Below, one piece after another: positions 25,631 through 38,926 of a stretch of DNA of 64,000 nucleotides. The position numbers were made by a program, and so were the translations under genes. The stretch is taken from assembly GCF_964355755.1 (NCBI RefSeq), contig NC_092680.1, forward strand, positions 11,656,001 to 11,720,000, in the 5' to 3' direction. This DNA is from Antedon mediterranea. Lineage: Eukaryota; Animalia; Echinodermata. Within the stretch, counting starts at the first letter, position 1. Every line of letters begins with the position of its first letter. The notes beneath the pieces are model-generated. The model was not told the origin of the DNA and did not search any database. It saw only the letters and a program-made list of their open reading frames with translations.

Positions 25631-28600
25631 GAAATTCTCAAAATGGTCTAAAACGTTTTTAAATACGATATTAAGCTGTTTTGTGCACTTTGATGATTTG
25701 TGTGAAAAGTTTTAACGAAATGCTCAAAATGGTCTAAAACGGTTTCTAATGTGATTTTAAGCACTTTGATGTTTTTGTGTAACCCAGTTTTTTCGAAAAT
25801 CACAAAATAGTCTAAAACGTCTCCAAATGCGATTTGAAGCTTTTCTAAGCACTTTGGTGTTTTTATGTTAACAAGTTTTTTCGAAAATCACAAAATGGTC
25901 TAAAACGTCTCCAAATGCGATTTGAGGATATTCTGAGCACTTTGGTGTTTTTTTGTTAAAAAGTTTTTTCGAAAATAACAAAATGGTCTAAAACGTCTCC
26001 AAATGCGATTTGAAGCTATTCTGTACACTTTGATGTTTTGTGTGAAAAAGTTTTGTCGAAATGCTCAAAATGGTCTAAAACGTTTTTAAATACGATATTA
26101 AGCTATTTTGTGATCTTTGATGTTTTTGTGTGAAAAGTTTTATCGAAATGCTCAAAATGGTCTAAAACGGTTTCTATTGTGATTTTAAGCACTTTGATGA
26201 TTTTGTGTAACCAAGTTTCATCGAAATGTACAAAATGGTCTAAAACGTCTCCAAATGCGATTTGAAGCTATTCTAAGTACTTTTGTGTTTTTATGTTAAC
26301 AAGTTTTTTCGAAAATCACAAAATGGTCTAAAACGTCTTCAAATGCGATTTGAAGCTATTCTGTACACTTTGATGTTTTGTGTGAAAAAGTTTTGTCAAA
26401 ATGCTCAAAATGGTCTAAAACGTTTTTAAAACGATATTAAGCTATTTTGTGCTCTTTGATGTTTTTGTGTAACCAAGTTTCAACGAAAATCACAAAATGG
26501 TCTAAAACGTCTCCAAATGCGATTTGAAGCTTTTCTAAGCACTTTGGTGTTTTTATGTTAACAAGTTTTTTCGAAAATCACAAAATGGTCTAAAACGTCT
26601 CCAAATGCGATTTGAAGCTCTTCTGTACACTTTGATGTTTTGTGTGAAAAAGTTTTGTCGAAATTCTCAAAATGGTCTAAAAGGTTTTTAAATACGATAT
26701 TAAGCTGTTTTGTGCACTTTGATGATTTGTGTGAAAAGTTTTAACGAAATGCTCAAAATGGTCTAAAACGGTTTCTAATGTGATTTTAAGCACTTTGATG
26801 TTTTTGTGTAACCAAGTTTTTTCGAAAATCACAAAATGGTCTAATACGTCTCCAAATGCGATTTGAAGCTTTTCCAAGCACTTTGCTGTTTTTATGTTAA
26901 GTTTTTTCGAAAATCACAAAATGGTCTAAAACGTCTTCAAATGCGATTTGAAGCTATTCTGTACACTTTGATGTTTTGTGTGAAAAAGTTTTGTCGAAAT
27001 GCTCAAAATGGTCTAAAACGTTTTTAAATACGATATTAAGCTATTTTGTGATCTTTGATGTTTTTGTGTGAAAAGTTTTATCAAAATGCTCAAAATGGTC
27101 TGAAACGGTTTCTAATGCGATTTGAAGCTATTCTGTACACTTTGAAGTTTTGTGTGAAAAAGTTTTCTCGAAATGCTCAAAATGGTCTAAAACGTTTTTA
27201 TATACCATATTAAGCTATTTTGTGCACTTTGATGTTTTTTTTGAAAAGTTTTATCGAAATGCTCAAAATGGTCTAAAACGGTTTCTATTGGGATTTTAAG
27301 CACTTTGATGATTTTGTGTAACCAAGTTTCATCGAAATGTACAAAATGGTCTAAAACGTCTCCAAATGCGATTTGAAGCTATTCTAAGTACTTTTGTGTT
27401 TTTATGTTAACAAGTTTTTTCGAAAATCACAAAATGGTCTAAAACGTCTTCAAATGCGATTTGAAGCTATTCTGTACACTTTGATGTTTTGTGTGAAAAA
27501 GTTTTGTCGAAATGCTCAAAATGGTCAAAAATGGTTTCTAATGTGATTTTAAGCACAAGCACTTTGGTGTTTTTATGTTAACAAGTTTTTTCGAAAATCA
27601 CAAAATGGTCTAAAACGTCTCCAAATGCGATTTGAAGATATTCTGAGCACTTTGGTGTTTTTATGTTAAAAAGTTTTTTCGAAAATCACAAAATAGTCTA
27701 AAACGTCTCAAAATGCGATTTGAAGCTATTCTGTACACTTTGATGTTTTGTGTGAAAAAGTTTTGTCGAAATGCTCAAAATGGTCTAAAACGTTTTTAAA
27801 ACGATATTAAGCTATTTTGTGCTCTTTGATGTTTTTGTGTAACCAAGTTTCATCGAAAATCACAAAATGGTCTAAAACGTCTCCAAATGCGATTTGAAGC
27901 TTTTCTAAGCACTTTGGTGTTTTTATGTTAACAAGTTTTTTCGAAAACCACGAAATGGTCTAAAATGTCTCCAAATGCGATTTGAAGATATTCTGAGCAC
28001 TTTGGTGTTTTTATGTTAAAACGTTTTTTCGAAAATCACAAAATGGTCTAAAACGTTTTTAAATACGATATTAAGCTATTTTGTGATCTTTGATGTTTTT
28101 GTGTGAAAAGTTTTATCGAAATGCTCAAAATGGTCTAAAACGGTTTCTAATGCGATTTGAAGCTATTCTGTACACTTTGAAGTTTTTTGTGAAAAAGTTT
28201 TCTCGAAATGCTCAAAATGGTCTAAAACGTTTTTATATACCATATTAAGCTATTTTGTGCACTTTGATGTTTTTTGTGAAAAGTTTTATCGAAATTCTCA
28301 AAATGGTCTAAAACGGTTTCTATTGTGATTTTAAGCACTTTGATGATTTTGTGTAACCAAGTTTCATCGAAATGTACAAAATGGTCTAAAACGTCTCCAA
28401 ATGCGATTTGAAGCTATTCTAAGTACTTTTGTGTTTTTATGTTAACAAGTTTTTTCGAAAATCACGAAATGGTCTAAAATGTCTCCAAATGCGATTTGAA
28501 GATATTCTGAGCACTTTGGTGTTTTTATGTTAAAAAGTTTTTTCGAAAATCACAAAATAGTCTAAAACGTCTCCAAATGCGATTTGAAGCTATTCTGTAC

Positions 28601-30010
28601 ACTTTGATGTTTTGTGTGAAAAAGTTTTGTCGAAATGCTCAAAATGGTCTAAAACGTTTTTAAAACGATATTAAGCTATTTTGTGCTCTTTGATGTTTTT
28701 GTGTAACCAAGTTTCATCGAAAATCACAAAATGGTCTAAAACGTCTCAAAATGCGATTTGAAGCTTTTCTAAGCACTTTGGTGTTTTTATGTTAACAAGT
28801 TTTTTCGAAAATCACGAAATGGTCTAAAATGTCTCCAAATGCGATTTGAAGATATTCTGAGCACTTTGGTGTTTTTATGTTAAAAAGTTTTTTCGAAAAT
28901 CACAAAATGGTCTAAAACGTCTCCAAATGCGATTTGAAGCTCTTCTGTACACTTTGATGTTTTGTGTGAAAAAGTTTTGTCGAAATGCTCAAAATGGTCT
29001 AAAACGTTTTTAAATACGATATTAAGCTGTTTTGTGCACTTTGATGATTTGTGTGAAAAGTTTTAACGAAATGCTCAAAATGGTCTAAAACGGTTTCTAA
29101 TGTGATTTTAAGCACTTTGATGTTTTTGTGTAACCAAGTTTTTTCGAAAATCACAAAATAGTCTAAAACGTCTCCAAATGCGATTTGAAGCTTTTCTAAG
29201 CACTTTGGTGTTTTTATGTTAACAAGTTTTTTCGAAAATCACAAAATGGTCTAAAACGTCTCCAAATGCGATTTGAGGATATTCTGAGCACTTTGGTGTT
29301 TTTTCGTTAAAAAGTTTTTTCGAAAATCACAAAATGGTCTAAAACGTCTCCAAATGCGATTTGAAGCTATTCTGTACACTTTGATGTTTTGTGTGAAAAA
29401 GTTTTGTCGAAATGCTCAAAATGGTCTAAAACGTTTTGAAATACGATATTAAGCTATTTTGTGATCTTTGATGTTTTTGTGTGAAAAGTTTTATCGAAAT
29501 GCTCAAAATGGTCTAAAACGGTTTCTATTGTGATTTTAAGCACTTTGATGATTTTGTGTAACCAAGTTTCATCGAAATGTACAAAATGGTCTAAAATGTC
29601 TCCAAATGCGATTTGAAGCTATTCTAAGTACTTTTGTGTTTTTATGTTAACAAGTTTTTTCGAAAATCACAAAATGGTCTAAAACGTCTTCAAATGCGAT
29701 TTGAAGCTATTCTGTACACTTTGATGTTTTGTGTGAAAAAGTTTTGTCAAAATGCTCAAAATGGTCTAAAACGTTTTTAAAACGATATTAAGCTATTTTG
29801 TGCTCTTTGATGTTTTTGTGTAACCAAGTTTCATCGAAAATCACAAAATGGTCTAAAACGTCTCCAAATGCGATTTGAAGCTTTTCTAAGCACTTTGGTG
29901 TTTTTATGTTAACAAGTTTTTTCGAAAATCACAAAATGGTCTAAAACATCTCCAAATGCGATTTGAAGCTCTTCTGTACACTTTGATGTTTTGTGTGAAA
30001 AAGTTTTGTC
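25631..30010 (+). repeat. 52-mer intermediate-order unit, second copy (4380 bp = 4462 - 82)
   Basis: Lines 26041/30421 and 26401/30781 are identical at offset 4380. This copy carries the 82-bp deletion near 27556. Confidence 0.82.
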
Positions 30011-31039
30011 GAAATTCTCAAAATGGTCTAAAAGGTTTTTAAATACGATATTAAGCTGTTTTGTGCACTTTGATGATTTGTGTGAAAAGTTTTAACGAAA
30101 TGCTCAAAATGGTCTAAAACGGTTTCTAATGTGATTTTAAGCACTTTGATGTTTTTGTGTAACCAAGTTTTTTCGAAAATCACAAAATAGTCTAAAACGT
30201 CTCCAAATGCGATTTGAAGCTTTTCTAAGCACTTTGGTGTTTTTATGTTTACAAGTTTTTTCGAAAATCACAAAATGGTCTAAAACGTCTCCAAATGCGA
30301 TTTGAGGATATTCTGAGCACTTTGGTGTTTTTTTGTTAAAAAGTTTTTTCGAAAATCACAAAATGGTCTAAAACGTCTCCAAATGCGATTTGAAGCTATT
30401 CTGTACACTTTGATGTTTTGTGTGAAAAAGTTTTGTCGAAATGCTCAAAATGGTCTAAAACGTTTTTAAATACGATATTAGGCTATTTTGTGATCTTTGA
30501 TGTTTTTGTGTGAAAAGTTTTATCGAAATGCTCAAAATGGTCTAAAACGGTTTCTATTGTTATTTTAAGCACTTTGATGATTTTGTGTAACCAAGTTTCA
30601 TCGAAATGTACAAAATGGTCTAAAACGTCTCCAAATGCGATTTGAAGCTATTCTAAGTACTTTTGTGTTTTTATGTTAACAAGTTTTTTCGAAAATCACA
30701 AAATGGTCTAAAACGTCTTCAAATGCGATTTGAAGCTATTCTGTACACTTTGATGTTTTGTGTGAAAAAGTTTTGTCAAAATGCTCAAAATGGTCTAAAA
30801 CGTTTTTAAAACGATATTAAGCTATTTTGTGCTCTTTGATGTTTTTGTGTAACCAAGTTTCAACGAAAATCACAAAATGGTCTAAAACGTCTCCAAATGC
30901 GATTTGAAGCTTTTCTAAGCACTTTGGTGTTTTTATGTTAACAAGTTTTTTCGAAAATCACAAAATGGTCTAAAACGTCTCCAAATGCGATTTGAAGCTC
31001 TTCTGTACACTTTGATGTTTTGTGTGAAAAAGTTTTGTC
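28982..31039 (+). repeat. Two tandem copies of the 12-mer HOR DEABCFHICGAC (1029 bp each)
   Basis: D monomers start at 28982, 30011 and 31040. Summed monomer lengths equal 1029. Confidence 0.85.
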
Positions 31040-34000
31040 GAAATTCTCAAAATGGTCTAAAAGGTTTTTAAATACGATATTAAGCTGTTTTGTGCACTTT
31101 GATGATTTGTGTGAAAAGTTTTAACGAAATGCTCAAAATGGTCTAAAACGGTTTCTAATGTGATTTTAAGCACTTTGATGTTTTTGTGTAACCAAGTTTT
31201 TTCGAAAATCACAAAATGGTCTAATACGTCTCCAAATGCGATTTGAAGCTTTTCCAAGCACTTTGCTGTTTTTATGTTAAGTTTTTTCGAAAATCACAAA
31301 ATGGTCTAAAACGTCTTCAAATGCGATTTGAAGCTATTCTGTACACTTTGATGTTTTGTGTGAAAAAGTTTTGTCGAAATGCTCAAAATGGTCTAAAACG
31401 TTTTTAAATACGATATTAAGCTATTTTGTGATCTTTGATGTTTTTGTGTGAAAAGTTTTATCAAAATGCTCAAAATGGTCTGAAACGGTTTCTAATGCGA
31501 TTTGAAGCTATTCTGTACACTTTGAAGTTTTGTGTGAAAAAGTTTTCTCGAAATGCTCAAAATGGTCTAAAACGTTTTTATATACCATATTAAGCTATTT
31601 TGTGCACTTTGATGTTTTTTTTGAAAAGTTTTATCGAAATGCTCAAAATGGTCTAAAACGGTTTCTATTGGGATTTTAAGCACTTTGATGATTTTGTGTA
31701 ACCAAGTTTCATCGAAATGTACAAAATGGTCTAAAACGTCTCCAAATGCGATTTGAAGCTATTCTAAGTACTTTTGTGTTTTTATGTTAACAAGTTTTTT
31801 CGAAAATCACAAAATGGTCTAAAACGTCTTCAAATGCGATTTGAAGCTATTCTGTACACTTTGATGTTTTGTGTGAAAAAGTTTTGTCGAAATGCTCAAA
31901 ATGGTCAAAAACGGTTTCTAATGTGATTTTAAGCACTTTGATGTTTTTGTGTAACCAAGTTTTTTTAAAAATCACAAAATGGTCTAAAACGTCTCCAAAT
32001 GCGATTTGAAGCTTTTCTAAGCACTTTGGTGTTTTTATGTTAACAAGTTTTTTCGAAAATCACAAAATGGTCTAAAACGTCTCCAAATGCGATTTGAAGA
32101 TATTCTGAGCACTTTGGTGTTTTTATGTTAAAAAGTTTTTTCGAAAATCACAAAATAGTCTAAAACGTCTCAAAATGCGATTTGAAGCTATTCTGTACAC
32201 TTTGATGTTTTGTGTGAAAAAGTTTTGTCGAAATGCTCAAAATGGTCTAAAACGTTTTTAAAACGATATTAAGCTATTTTGTGCTCTTTGATGTTTTTGT
32301 GTAACCAAGTTTCATCGAAAATCACAAAATGGTCTAAAACGTCTCCAAATGCGATTTGAAGCTTTTCTAAGCACTTTGGTGTTTTTATGTTAACAAGTTT
32401 TTTCGAAAATCACGAAATGGTCTAAAATGTCTTCAAATGCGATTTGAAGATATTCTGAGCACTTTGGTGTTTTTATGTTAAAACGTTTTTTCGAAAATCA
32501 CAAAATGGTCTAAAACGTTTTTAAATACGATATTAAGCTATTTTGTGATCTTTGATGTTTTTGTGTGAAAAGTTTTATCGAAATGCTCAAAATGGTCTAA
32601 AACGGTTTCTAATGCGATTTGAAGCTATTCTGTACACTTTGAAGTTTTTTGTGAAAAAGTTTTCTCGAAATGCTCAAAATGGTCTAAAACGTTTTTATAT
32701 ACCATATTAAGCTATTTTGTGCACTTTGATGTTTTTTGTGAAAAGTTTTATCGAAATTCTCAAAATGGTCTAAAACGGTTTCTATTGTGATTTTAAGCAC
32801 TTTGATGATTTTGTGTAACCAAGTTTCATCGAAATGTACAAAATGGTCTAAAACGTCTCCAAATGCGATTTGAAGCTATTCTAAGTACTTTTGTGTTTTT
32901 ATGTTAACAAGTTTTTTCGAAAATCACGAAATGGTCTAAAATGTCTCCAAATGCGATTTGAAGATATTCTGAGCACTTTGGTGTTTTTATGTTAAAAAGT
33001 TTTTTCGAAAATCACAAAATAGTCTAAAACGTCTCCAAATGCGATTTGAAGCTATTCTGTACACTTTGATGTTTTGTGTGAAAAAGTTTTGTCGAAATGC
33101 TCAAAATTGTCTAAAACGTTTTTAAAACGATATTAAGCTATTTTGTGCTCTTTGATGTTTTTGTGTAACCAAGTTTCATCGAAAATCACAAAATGGTCTA
33201 AAACGTCTCAAAATGCGATTTGAAGCTTTTCTAAGCACTTTGGTGTTTTTATGTTAACAAGTTTTTTCGAAAATCACGAAATGGTCTAAAATGTCTCCAA
33301 ATGCGATTTGAAGATATTCTGAGCACTTTGGTGTTTTTATGTTAAAAAGTTTTTTCGAAAATCACAAAATGGTCTAAAACGTCTCCAAATGCGATTTGAA
33401 GCTCTTCTGTACACTTTGATGTTTTGTGTGAAAAAGTTTTGTCGAAATGCTCAAAATGGTCTAAAACGTTTTTAAATACGATATTAAGCTGTTTTGTGCA
33501 CTTTGATGATTTGTGTGAAAAGTTTTAACGAAATGCTCAAAATGGTCTAAAACGGTTTCTAATGTGATTTTAAGCACTTTGATGTTTTTGTGTAACCAAG
33601 TTTTTTCGAAAATCACAAAATAGTCTAAAACGTCTCCAAATGCGATTTGAAGCTTTTCTAAGCACTTTGGTGTTTTTATGTTAACAAGTTTTTTCGAAAA
33701 TCACAAAATGGTCTAAAACGTCTCCAAATGCGATTTGAAGATATTCTGAGCACTTTGGTGTTTTTATGTTAAAAAGTTTTTTCGAAAATCACAAAATGGT
33801 CTAAAACGTCTCCAAATGCGATTTGAAGCTCTTCTGTACACTTTGATGTTTTGTGTGAAAAAGTTTTGTCGAAATGCTCAAAATGGTCTAAAACGTTTTC
33901 AAATACGATATTAAGCTGTTTTGTGCACTTTGATGATTTGTGTGAAAAGTTTTAACGAAATCCTCAAAATGGTCTAAAACGGTTTCTAATGTGATTTTAA

Positions 34001-35200
34001 GCACTTTGATGTTTTTGTGTAACCAAGTTTTATCGAAAATCACAAAATAGTCTAAAACGTCTCCAAATGCGATTTGAAGCTTTTCTAAGCACTTTGGTGT
34101 TTTTATGTTAACAAGTTTTTTCGAAAATCACAAAATGGTCTAAAACGTCTCCAAATGCGATTTGAGGATATTCTGAGCACTTTGGTGTTTTTTTGTTAAA
34201 AAGTTTTTTCGAAAATCACAAAATGGTCTAAAACGTCTCCAAATGCGATTTGAAGCTATTCTGTACACTTTGATGTTTTGTGTGAAAAAGTTTTGTCGAA
34301 ATGCTCAAAATGGTCTAAAACATTTTTAAATACGATATTAAGCTATTTTGTGATCTTTGATGTTTTTGTGTGAAAAGTTTTATCGAAATGCTCAAAATGG
34401 TCTAAAACGGTTTCTATTGTGATTTTAAGCACTTTGATGATTTTGTGTAACCAAGTTTCATCGAAATGTACAAAATGGTCTAAAACGTCTCCAAATGCGA
34501 TTTGAAGCTATTCTAAGTACTTTTGTGTTTTTATGTTAACAAGTTTTTTCGAAAATCACAAAATGGTCTAAAACGTCTTCAAATGCGATTTGAAGCTATT
34601 CTGTACACTTTGATGTTTTGTGTGAAAAAGTTTTGTCAAAATGCTCAAAATGGTCTAAAACGTTTTTAAAACGATATTAAGCTATTTTGTGCTCTTTGAT
34701 GTTTTTGTGTAACCAAGTTTCATCGAAAATCACAACATGGTCTAAAACGTCTCCAAATGCGATTTGAAGCTTTTCTAAGCACTTTGGTGTTTTTATGTTA
34801 ACAAGTTTTTTCGAAAATCACAAAATGGTCTAAAACGTCTCCAAATGCGATTTGAAGCTCTTCTGTACACTTTGATGTTTTGTTTGAAAAAGTTTTGTCG
34901 AAATTCTCAAAATGGTCTAAAACGTTTTTAAATTCGATATTAAGCTGTTTTGTGCACTTTGATGATTTGTGTGAAAAGTTTTAACGAAATGCTCAAAAGG
35001 GTCAAAAACGGTTTCTAATGTGATTTTAAGCACTTTGATGTTTTTGTGTAACCAAGTTTTTTCGAAAATCACAAAATGGTCTAAAACGTCTCCAAATGCG
35101 ATTTGAGGATATTCTGAGCACTTTGGTGTTTTTATGTTAAAAAGTTTTTTCGAAAATCACAAAATGGTCTAAAACGTCTCAAAATGCGATTTGAAGCTAA

Positions 35201-38200
35201 TCTGTACACTTTGATGTTTTGTGTGAAAAAGTTTTGTCGAAATGCTCAAAATGGTCTAAAACGTTTTTAAAACGATATTAAGCTATTTTGTGCTCTTTGA
35301 TGTTTTTGTGTAACCAAGTTTCATCGAAATCAACAAAATGGTCTAATACGTCTCCAAATGCGATTTGAAGCTTTTCCAAGCACTTTGCTGTTTTTATGTT
35401 AACAAGTTTTTTCGAAAATCACAAAATGGTCTAAAACGTCTTCAAATGCGATTTGAAGCTATTCTGTACACTTTGATGTTTTGTGTGAAAAAGTTTTGTC
35501 GAAATGCTCAAAATGGTCTAAAACGTTTTTAAATACGATATTAAGCTATTTTGTGATCTTTGATGTTTTTGTGTGAAAAGTTTTATCAAAATGCTCAAAA
35601 TGGTCTGAAACGGTTTCTAATGCGATTTGAAGCTATTCTGTACACTTTGAAGTTTTGTGTGAAAAAGTTTTCTCGAAATGCTCAAAATGGTCTAAAACGT
35701 TTTTATATACCATATTAAGCTATTTTGTGCACTTTGATGTTTTTTGTGAAAAGTTTTATCGAAATGCTCAAAATGGTCTAAAACGGTTTCTATTGGGATT
35801 TTAAGCACTTTGATGATTTTGTGTAACCAAGTTTCATCGAAATGTACAAAATGGTCTAAAACGTCTCCAAATGCGATTTGAAGCTATTCTAAGTACTTTT
35901 GTGTTTTTATGTTAACAAGTTTTTTCGAAAATCACAAAATGGTCTAAAACGTCTTTCAAATGCGATTTGAAGCTATTCTGTACACTTTTATGTTTTGTGT
36001 GAAAAAGTTTTGTCGAAATTCTCAAAATGGTCTAAAACGTTTTTAAATACGATATTAAGCTGTTTTGTGCACTTTGATGATTTGTGTGAAAAGTTTTAAC
36101 GAAATGCTCAAAATGGTCAAAAACGGTTTCTAATGTGATTTTAAGCACTTTGATGTTTTTGTGTAACCAAGTTTTTTCAAAAATCACAAAATGGTCTAAA
36201 ACGTCTCCAAATGCGATTTGAAGCTTTTCTAAGCACTTTGGTGTTTTTATGTTAACAAGTTTTTTCGAAAATCACAAAATGGTCTAAAACGTCTCCAAAT
36301 GCGATTTGAAGATATTCTGAGCACTTTGGTGTTTTTATGTTAAAAAGTTTTTTCGAAAATCACAAAATAGTCTAAAACGTCTCCAAATGCGATTTGAAGC
36401 TATTCTGTACACTTTGATGTTTTGTGTGAAAAAGTTTTGTCGAAATGCTCAAAATGGTCTAAAACGTTTTTAAAACGATATTAAGCTATTTTGTGCTCTT
36501 TGATGTTTTTTTGTAACCAAGTTTCATCGAAAATCACAAAATGGTCTAAAACGTCTCAAAATGCGATTTGAAGCTTTTCTAAGCACTTTGGTGTTTTTAT
36601 GTTAACAAGTTTTTTCGAAAATCACGAAATGGTCTAAAATGTCTCCAAATGCGATTTGAAGATATTCTGAGCACTTTGGTGTTTTTATGTTAAAAAGTTT
36701 TTTCGAAAATCACAAAATGGTCTAAAACGTCTCCAAATGCGATTTGAAGCTCTTCTGTACACTTTGATGTTTTGTGTGAAAAAGTTTTGTCGAAATGCTC
36801 AAAATGGTCTAAAACGTTTTTAAAACGATATTAAGCTATTTTGTGCTCTTTGATGTTTTTGTGTAACCAAGTTTCATCGAAATCAACAAAATGGTCTAAT
36901 ACGTCTCCAAATGCGATTTGAAGCTTTTCCAAGCACTTTGCTGTTTTTATGTTAACAAGTTTTTTCGAAAATCACAAAATGGTCTAAAACGTCTTCAAAT
37001 GCGATTTGAAGCTATTCTGTAGACTTTGATGTTTTGTGTGAAAAAGTTTTGTCGAAATGCTCAAAATGGTCTAAAACGTTTTTAAATACGATATTAAGCT
37101 ATTTTGTGATCTTTGATGTTTTTGTGTGAAAAGTTTTATCAAAATGCTCAAAATGGTCTGAAACGGTTTCTAATGCGATTTGAAGCTATTCTGTACACTT
37201 TGAAGTTTTGTGTGAAAAAGTTTTCTCAAAATGCTCAAAATGGTCTAAAACGTTTTTATATACCATATTAAGCTATTTTGTGCACTTTGATGTTTTTTGT
37301 GAAAAGTTTTATCGAAATGCTCAAAATGGTCTAAAACGGTTTCTATTGGGATTTTAAGCACTTTGATGATTTTGTGTAACCAAGTTTCATCGAAATGTAC
37401 AAAATGGTCTAAAACGTCTCCAAATGCGATTTGAAGCTATTCTAAGTACTTTTGTGTTTTTATGTTAACAAGTTTTTTCGAAAATCACAAAATGGTCTAA
37501 AACGTCTTTCAAATGCGATTTGAAGCTATTCTGTACACTTTTATGTTTTGTGTGAAAAAGTTTTGTCGAAATTCTCAAAATGGTCTAAAACGTTTTTAAA
37601 TACGATATTAAGCTGTTTTGTGCACTTTGATGATTTGTGTGAAAAGTTTTAACGAAATGCTCAAAATGGTCAAAAACGGTTTCTAATGTGATTTTAAGCA
37701 CTTTGATGTTTTTGTGTAACCAAGTTTTTTCAAAAATCACAAAATGGTCTAAAACGTCTCCAAATGCGATTTGAAGCTTTTCTAAGCACTTTGGTGTTTT
37801 TATGTTAACAAGTTTTTTCGAAAATCACAAAATGGTCTAAAACGTCTCCAAATGCGATTTGAAGATATTCTGAGCACTTTGGTGTTTTTATGTTAAAAAG
37901 TTTTTTCGAAAATCACAAAATAGTCTAAAACGTCTCCAAATGCGATTTGAAGCTATTCTGTACACTTTGATGTTTTGTGTGAAAAAGTTTTGTCGAAATG
38001 CTCAAAATGGTCTAAAACGTTTTTAAAACGATATTAAGCTATTTTGTGCTCTTTGATGTTTTTTTGTAACCAAGTTTCATCGAAAATCACAAAATGGTCT
38101 AAAACGTCTCAAAATGCGATTTGAAGCTTTTCTAAGCAATTTGGTGTTTTTATGTTAACAAGTTTTTTCGAAAATCACGAAATGGTCTAAAATGTCTCCA

Positions 38201-38373
38201 AATGCGATTTGAAGATATTCTGAGCACTTTGGTGTTTTTATGTTAAAAAGTTTTTTCGAAAATCACAAAATGGTCTAAAACGTCTCCAAATGCGATTTGA
38301 AGCTCTTCTGTACACTTTGATGTTTTGTGTGAAAAAGTTTTGTCGAAATGCTCAAAATGGTCTAAAACGTTTT
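35201..38373 (+). repeat. Tandem pair of an 18-mer unit (1553 bp)
   Basis: CAACAAAA 35331/36884 and GTCTTTCAAA 35951/37504 sit at offset 1553 (= 1203 + 350). Confidence 0.85.
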
Positions 38374-38926
38374 CAAATACGATATTAAGCTGTTTTGTGC
38401 ACTTTGATGATTTGTGTGAAAAGTTTTAACGAAATGCTCAAAATGGTCTAAAACGGTTTCTAATGTGATTTTAAGCACTTTGGTGTTTTTATGTTAACAA
38501 GTTTTTTCGAAAATCACAAAATGGTCTAAAACGTCTCCAAATGCGATTTGAGGATATTCTGAGCTCTTTGGTGTTTTTTTGTTAAAAAGTTTTTTCGAAA
38601 ATCACAAAATGGTCTAAAACGTCTCCAAATGCGATTTGAAGCTATTCTGTACACTTTGATGTTTTGTGTGAAAAAGTTTTGTCGAAATGCTCAAAATGGT
38701 CTAAAACATTTTTAAATACGATATTAAGCTATTTTGTGATCTTTGATGTTTTTGTGTGAAAAGTTTTATCGAAATGCTCAAAATGGTCTAAAACGGTTTC
38801 TATTGTGATTTTAAGCACTTTGATGATTTTGTGTAACCAAGTTTCATCGAAATGTACAAAATGGTCTAAAACGTCTTTAAATGCGATTTGAAGCTATTCT
38901 AAGTACTTTTGTGTTTTTATGTTAAC

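Larger units (their letters stand above)
1282..38926 (+). repeat. Macro-repeat copy 1 (about 37.6 kb)
   Basis: Rare variants recur in order at offset 37645-37643: ACTTAGATG 1701/39346, ORF marker 9136/46780, CGATATAAAG 13201/50844. Only 1282-34094 can be matched inside the window. Confidence 0.85.

Noticed and set aside
27551-27562. AAGCAC direct repeat as a transposon target-site duplication or excision footprint
   Set aside because: There is no element sequence anywhere in the window, and the repeat coincides with an 82-bp deletion that explains it more simply.
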